Part shown: piece by piece, positions 60,829 through 64,000 of the stretch
Position numbering within the stretch: the first letter of the stretch is position 1
Layout of the letters: every line of letters starts with the position of its first letter
Origin: a bacterium
GTDB lineage: Bacteria; Zhuqueibacterota; QNDG01; DSAB01
Direction: 5' to 3'
DNA length: 64,000 nt
NCBI GenBank assembly: GCA_011388275.1
Contig: DSAB01000070.1
Span: 29-64,028 of the forward strand
Made by a program: the position numbers and the translations under genes
The notes under the pieces: model-generated
What the model was told of the DNA's origin: nothing
The model's input: the letters and a program-made list of their open reading frames with translations, nothing else
Databases searched by the model: none

Positions 60829-62065
60829 AGAGAAACTGCATCAACTGATCCCCGAAGAATCGGCCGGGACCGGGCGCAAGGTGCTGCCGGGTCTATGCGA
60901 CAGGATCATACCGGAGATATTCAGGCAGGACACACATGGTGAAGCTTTTTACAATGAAGTGATCGTTACGCCGGATCATCGGCACGGAGCCTGGAGAGTG
61001 GAGCCGAATGCCGGGCCGATTCATGAGTTTCTTTTCGATTACAATGCCGATGGCGCGACTCTGTCCATTTTTGATCTGATCTTTCTCGATACGGAAACCA
61101 CAGGCCTGGCCGGCGGTACGGGAACAGTCCCTTTTCTCGTCGGGCTGGGGTGGTTCGAGCACGACCGGTTTGTACTGCGTCAATACTTTCTGCGCGATTT
61201 TTCCGACGAACCGGCACTGCTGCAAGCCGTTACCCATCACCTGAAGATGGCCGGGGCCATTGTAACGTATAACGGCAAGACGTTCGACTGTCCGCTTATG
61301 AGCTCGCGCTACATCCTTTCCCGATTGGAAGACCCAATTCGTTCTCTGCCCCATATCGATCTTCTGCATCCTGTAAGGCGTATCTGGCGCCGAAGACTTC
61401 AGGACTGTTCTCTGACCCATGTGGAGCGAAGACTGCTTCAATTCGAGCGTTTGCACGACATTCCCGGATCCATGATACCCGGTGTATATTTTGAGTACCT
61501 TCGGTCTGGATGGAACCAAAATATGCGGTCCGTATTCACGCACAACCAATGGGACGTTCTCAGCCTGGCGGCTCTTCTTCGGCGGCTTCATGCAGTCTAT
61601 TGCGATCCATTGAATTTGACGCATCCCCTGGATCTGTACAGCGCGGGCAGACTGATGGAGCAGCGGGGACGATGTGATACAGCACGAATGTGTTATCAGC
61701 AGGCTTTTGACCGAATGGAAGAAGGAGAGGGATCGGAATCGGTGCTTCAGGATTTGGGTTTCCTGTGCAAGAGGCTGGGCCGATGGGAAGAGGCCCTGGA
61801 CGCATGGATTCGACTGATCGGGACCGGTCGGTTCAGGATATTTCCTTATGAAGAGCTGGCCAAGTATTATGAGCATCGAGCCGGCGATTATGTGAAAGCC
61901 AGGGAGTGGGTGGAGAAGGCTCTGAAGCGATGGGAAAGAATGGCTGAATTGGTTCCCGGCAGAGCCAGCCTCGAGGACCGGTCTGATCTGCTCTACCGTC
62001 TCGAGCGCATCAAGCGAAGATTGAAAGGCGCAAACTCCGGTTTGCCCGCTGCCGGCGGGTCATGA
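60818..62065 (+). CDS. RNase-H-like (YprB/PF13482) exonuclease-domain protein with a C-terminal TPR-like region.
   Basis: LIFLDTETTGLAGGTGTVPFLVGLGWFE...YNGKTFDCPLM. Helical repeats at the C-terminus. Confidence 0.55.
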   Translation: MGIKEKLHQLIPEESAGTGRKVLPGLCDRIIPEIFRQDTHGEAFYNEVIVTPDHRHGAWRVEPNAGPIHEFLFDYNADGATLSIFDLIFLDTETTGLAGGTGTVPFLVGLGWFEHDRFVLRQYFLRDFSDEPALLQAVTHHLKMAGAIVTYNGKTFDCPLMSSRYILSRLEDPIRSLPHIDLLHPVRRIWRRRLQDCSLTHVERRLLQFERLHDIPGSMIPGVYFEYLRSGWNQNMRSVFTHNQWDVLSLAALLRRLHAVYCDPLNLTHPLDLYSAGRLMEQRGRCDTARMCYQQAFDRMEEGEGSESVLQDLGFLCKRLGRWEEALDAWIRLIGTGRFRIFPYEELAKYYEHRAGDYVKAREWVEKALKRWERMAELVPGRASLEDRSDLLYRLERIKRRLKGANSGLPAAGGS

Positions 62066-64000
62066 AACCGCCGGTTCGTTTTTATGAACTTTGCGGCGTT
62101 TATGCGGTTTGGACTGCAGGCATGATTTAACGTTTCTCAGAAGATCCATGAGCGCATAGGGTTTTTGCAGGAAACGGTATCCGCGTTCCTGAATAACAGG
62201 CCACTGTGATTTTTCATCCATATATCCACTGCCAAGCAAAACCCGTATATTTGGATTGATGTTCAGCATGGCGTCAACCAGGTCGATTCCTGTACGATCG
62301 GGCAGTACCACATCACTGAGCACCATTTGGAAATGGTGTTTCTCCGATTCGAAAACATTCATCGCCTCTTCATAACTGCCCGCTGAAATCACGTCGTATT
62401 TGGCCCTGTCCAGAGCGGATACGATAAAGTTGCGTACATTGATATCGTCTTCTACCACGAGAACGCGTTCTCCATTCCCCTGAAGGGCTTTGATCGTGAT
62501 CGATGGGTCGTTGTGGGTCTTCTCGGCTTTCTTCATGATGGCAGGGAGGTAGACTTTGAATGTGGATCCATGATCCGGTTCACTGTAAACATTGATCCAG
62601 CCGCCGTGCTGCTTGACGATTCCATAGACCACGGAGAGTCCCAGTCCTGTTCCGCTGCCGGGTTCTTTGGTGCTGAAAAACGGTTCGAAAATATGCTGAA
62701 TGGTTTTCTTCTCCATGCCGATCCCGCTGTCTGTAACGGAAAGGCAGACAAAGGCGCCGGAAGAGGCCTTGCCCATGTGATGAACGGGAATGTCCTTGAA
62801 TTTGATATTGCCGGTCGAGATGGTGAGTCTGCCGCCCAGAGGCATGGCGTCACGGGCGTTGACAACGAGGTTCATCACAACCTGCTCCAGAGTGCCGCGG
62901 TCCGCTTTCACGGTCCACAGGTCGCTGCTGAGATTGGTTTTAACCATGATGTTCTCACCGATAAGCCGACGGATCATGGTCAATAGACCCTCGATGCTCT
63001 GATTGAGGTTCAGGAGAGAAAAGCCCATCAGATGTTTCCGGCTGAACAGAAGCAGCTGTTTGGTTAAATCGGCCGCGCGTCCTGCGGCGATCTTGATCTG
63101 TTTCAAATCCCGGTAATGAGGTGATTTGTCGTTGATATCCAGAAGCGTGAGATCGGCGTTGCCCTGTATGGCGGTTAATAGATTATTGAAATCATGAGCC
63201 ACACCGCCTGCCAGAATACCGATCGCCTCCATTTTTTGCGCCTGGAGAAGCTGAGCGTGAATCTTGTCTTTCTCTTCTTCGGCGAGGATTTGATGAGTCA
63301 CTTCCTGCCAGATGGTCACAATATGACGGATCCGGCTGTTTTGACAGAAAACCGGAAAAAGAGTCCCTTCCAGGATACGCGTTTCATCTGAGGCAAAACC
63401 GTGAAAATCCTCTTGATGATCGATTACGATCTTCGGGATATGGACCGTCTCGCCCTGGAACGCGCGCTGAATGATTTCCGCCAGACCAAGGCGCTCCCAA
63501 TTTTCGTTCTTTGTAACGTTGTATTGATCAACGATCTTTTCCGAGGAGACCTTGAAAAGTTTCTGGTAACAGCGATTGATCATCAGGGCGCGTCCCTCTG
63601 TATCGCAAACCATAACCGGATACGGCATTTGTATAATAATTTGCCTCAGACGGTTTTCATTCTCACGTATGGCACGGGCCGCATTTCGGCGTTTGTTGGT
63701 CAGGTCCTGGGCGTATATCCCAAACAGGAAAAGAAGCAGAACGGCAAGGGCTCGAATCCAGAACTCTGCGGGATCGGGCCTGAACACCGAGTGAAGCCAC
63801 CTGTCCAGCGACGGTGAAGTATTCTGAAGCAGTTCGTGACGGAAAGAGACCAATAACCAGTATCCGATGCCGAACAGGAGACTGACCATGATCAGGCGGT
63901 CATCACCCTCACCGGGTTCCCGAAGCGAAGAAGCATTTTTTTCAGGTTTGAACGACTGGGCGTATGAACCGAATAGAATGAGAACCCATACCAATAGAAT
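62060..64000 (-). CDS. Hybrid sensor histidine kinase (membrane module(s), PAS, HisKA, HATPase_c, REC). The N-terminus probably continues beyond the window end.
   Basis: HDFNNLLTAIQG, NLVVNARDAMP, DSGIGM, GSGTGLGLSVVYG. Receiver VLVVEDD...LSDVVLPDRTG...LQKPY. The N-terminus carries the same two-helix module as the kinase at 888 (GYWLLVSFRHE...PDPAEFWIRALAVLLLFLFGIYAQ). It is preceded by a partial copy (VLILFGSYAQSF) at the very start of the ORF, which suggests a truncated tandem unit. Confidence 0.8.
   Translation of the reverse strand: MLLVWVLILFGSYAQSFKPEKNASSLREPGEGDDRLIMVSLLFGIGYWLLVSFRHELLQNTSPSLDRWLHSVFRPDPAEFWIRALAVLLLFLFGIYAQDLTNKRRNAARAIRENENRLRQIIIQMPYPVMVCDTEGRALMINRCYQKLFKVSSEKIVDQYNVTKNENWERLGLAEIIQRAFQGETVHIPKIVIDHQEDFHGFASDETRILEGTLFPVFCQNSRIRHIVTIWQEVTHQILAEEEKDKIHAQLLQAQKMEAIGILAGGVAHDFNNLLTAIQGNADLTLLDINDKSPHYRDLKQIKIAAGRAADLTKQLLLFSRKHLMGFSLLNLNQSIEGLLTMIRRLIGENIMVKTNLSSDLWTVKADRGTLEQVVMNLVVNARDAMPLGGRLTISTGNIKFKDIPVHHMGKASSGAFVCLSVTDSGIGMEKKTIQHIFEPFFSTKEPGSGTGLGLSVVYGIVKQHGGWINVYSEPDHGSTFKVYLPAIMKKAEKTHNDPSITIKALQGNGERVLVVEDDINVRNFIVSALDRAKYDVISAGSYEEAMNVFESEKHHFQMVLSDVVLPDRTGIDLVDAMLNINPNIRVLLGSGYMDEKSQWPVIQERGYRFLQKPYALMDLLRNVKSCLQSKPHKRRKVHKNEPAVS

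Overview
This 64-kb window is GC-rich (roughly 57-58%), densely coding bacterial chromosome. It looks like core genome rather than an island. Housekeeping genes include obg, dprA, ligA, glnS, gltX, hisS, ispG, an EF-G paralog, etfBA and an ExoIII gene, plus a tandem pair of tRNA-Ser genes. Mixed in are envelope and signalling genes: three PAS/GAF hybrid histidine kinases (two truncated by the window edges), two paralogous methyl-accepting chemotaxis proteins with a standalone periplasmic Cache protein between them, an exbB-exbD-exbD-tonB operon, and a secreted beta-propeller protein carrying a clear type-IX-secretion (T9SS) C-terminal sorting domain followed by two tandem PorV/PorQ-like outer-membrane barrels. 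Also present are a possible GWxTD-family protein, several peptidases (S9 x2, M23, M19, rhomboid, CPBP) and an Hsp20 gene behind a strong sigma-54 promoter with an upstream palindrome. The T9SS, PorV/Q and GWxTD markers suggest an anaerobic member of the FCB superphylum or a related candidate phylum; this is inference only.

No CRISPR array, integrase, transposase, reverse transcriptase or obvious toxin/defence cassette was seen. The less ordinary items are: (i) a conserved, tandemly duplicated two-helix membrane module at the N-termini of two histidine kinases; (ii) a GlnRS fused to a Trbp111/EMAP-like tRNA-binding domain; (iii) a Cys-rich (four Cys pairs) insertion domain in HisRS; (iv) an EF-G paralog co-transcribed with a single-domain KaiC/RecA-like ATPase; (v) a sigma-54-dependent small heat-shock gene with an upstream activating sequence (UAS)-like palindrome; (vi) a compact T9SS cargo + PorV/Q locus. 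All family assignments come from reading the translated ORFs by eye, since no searches could be run.
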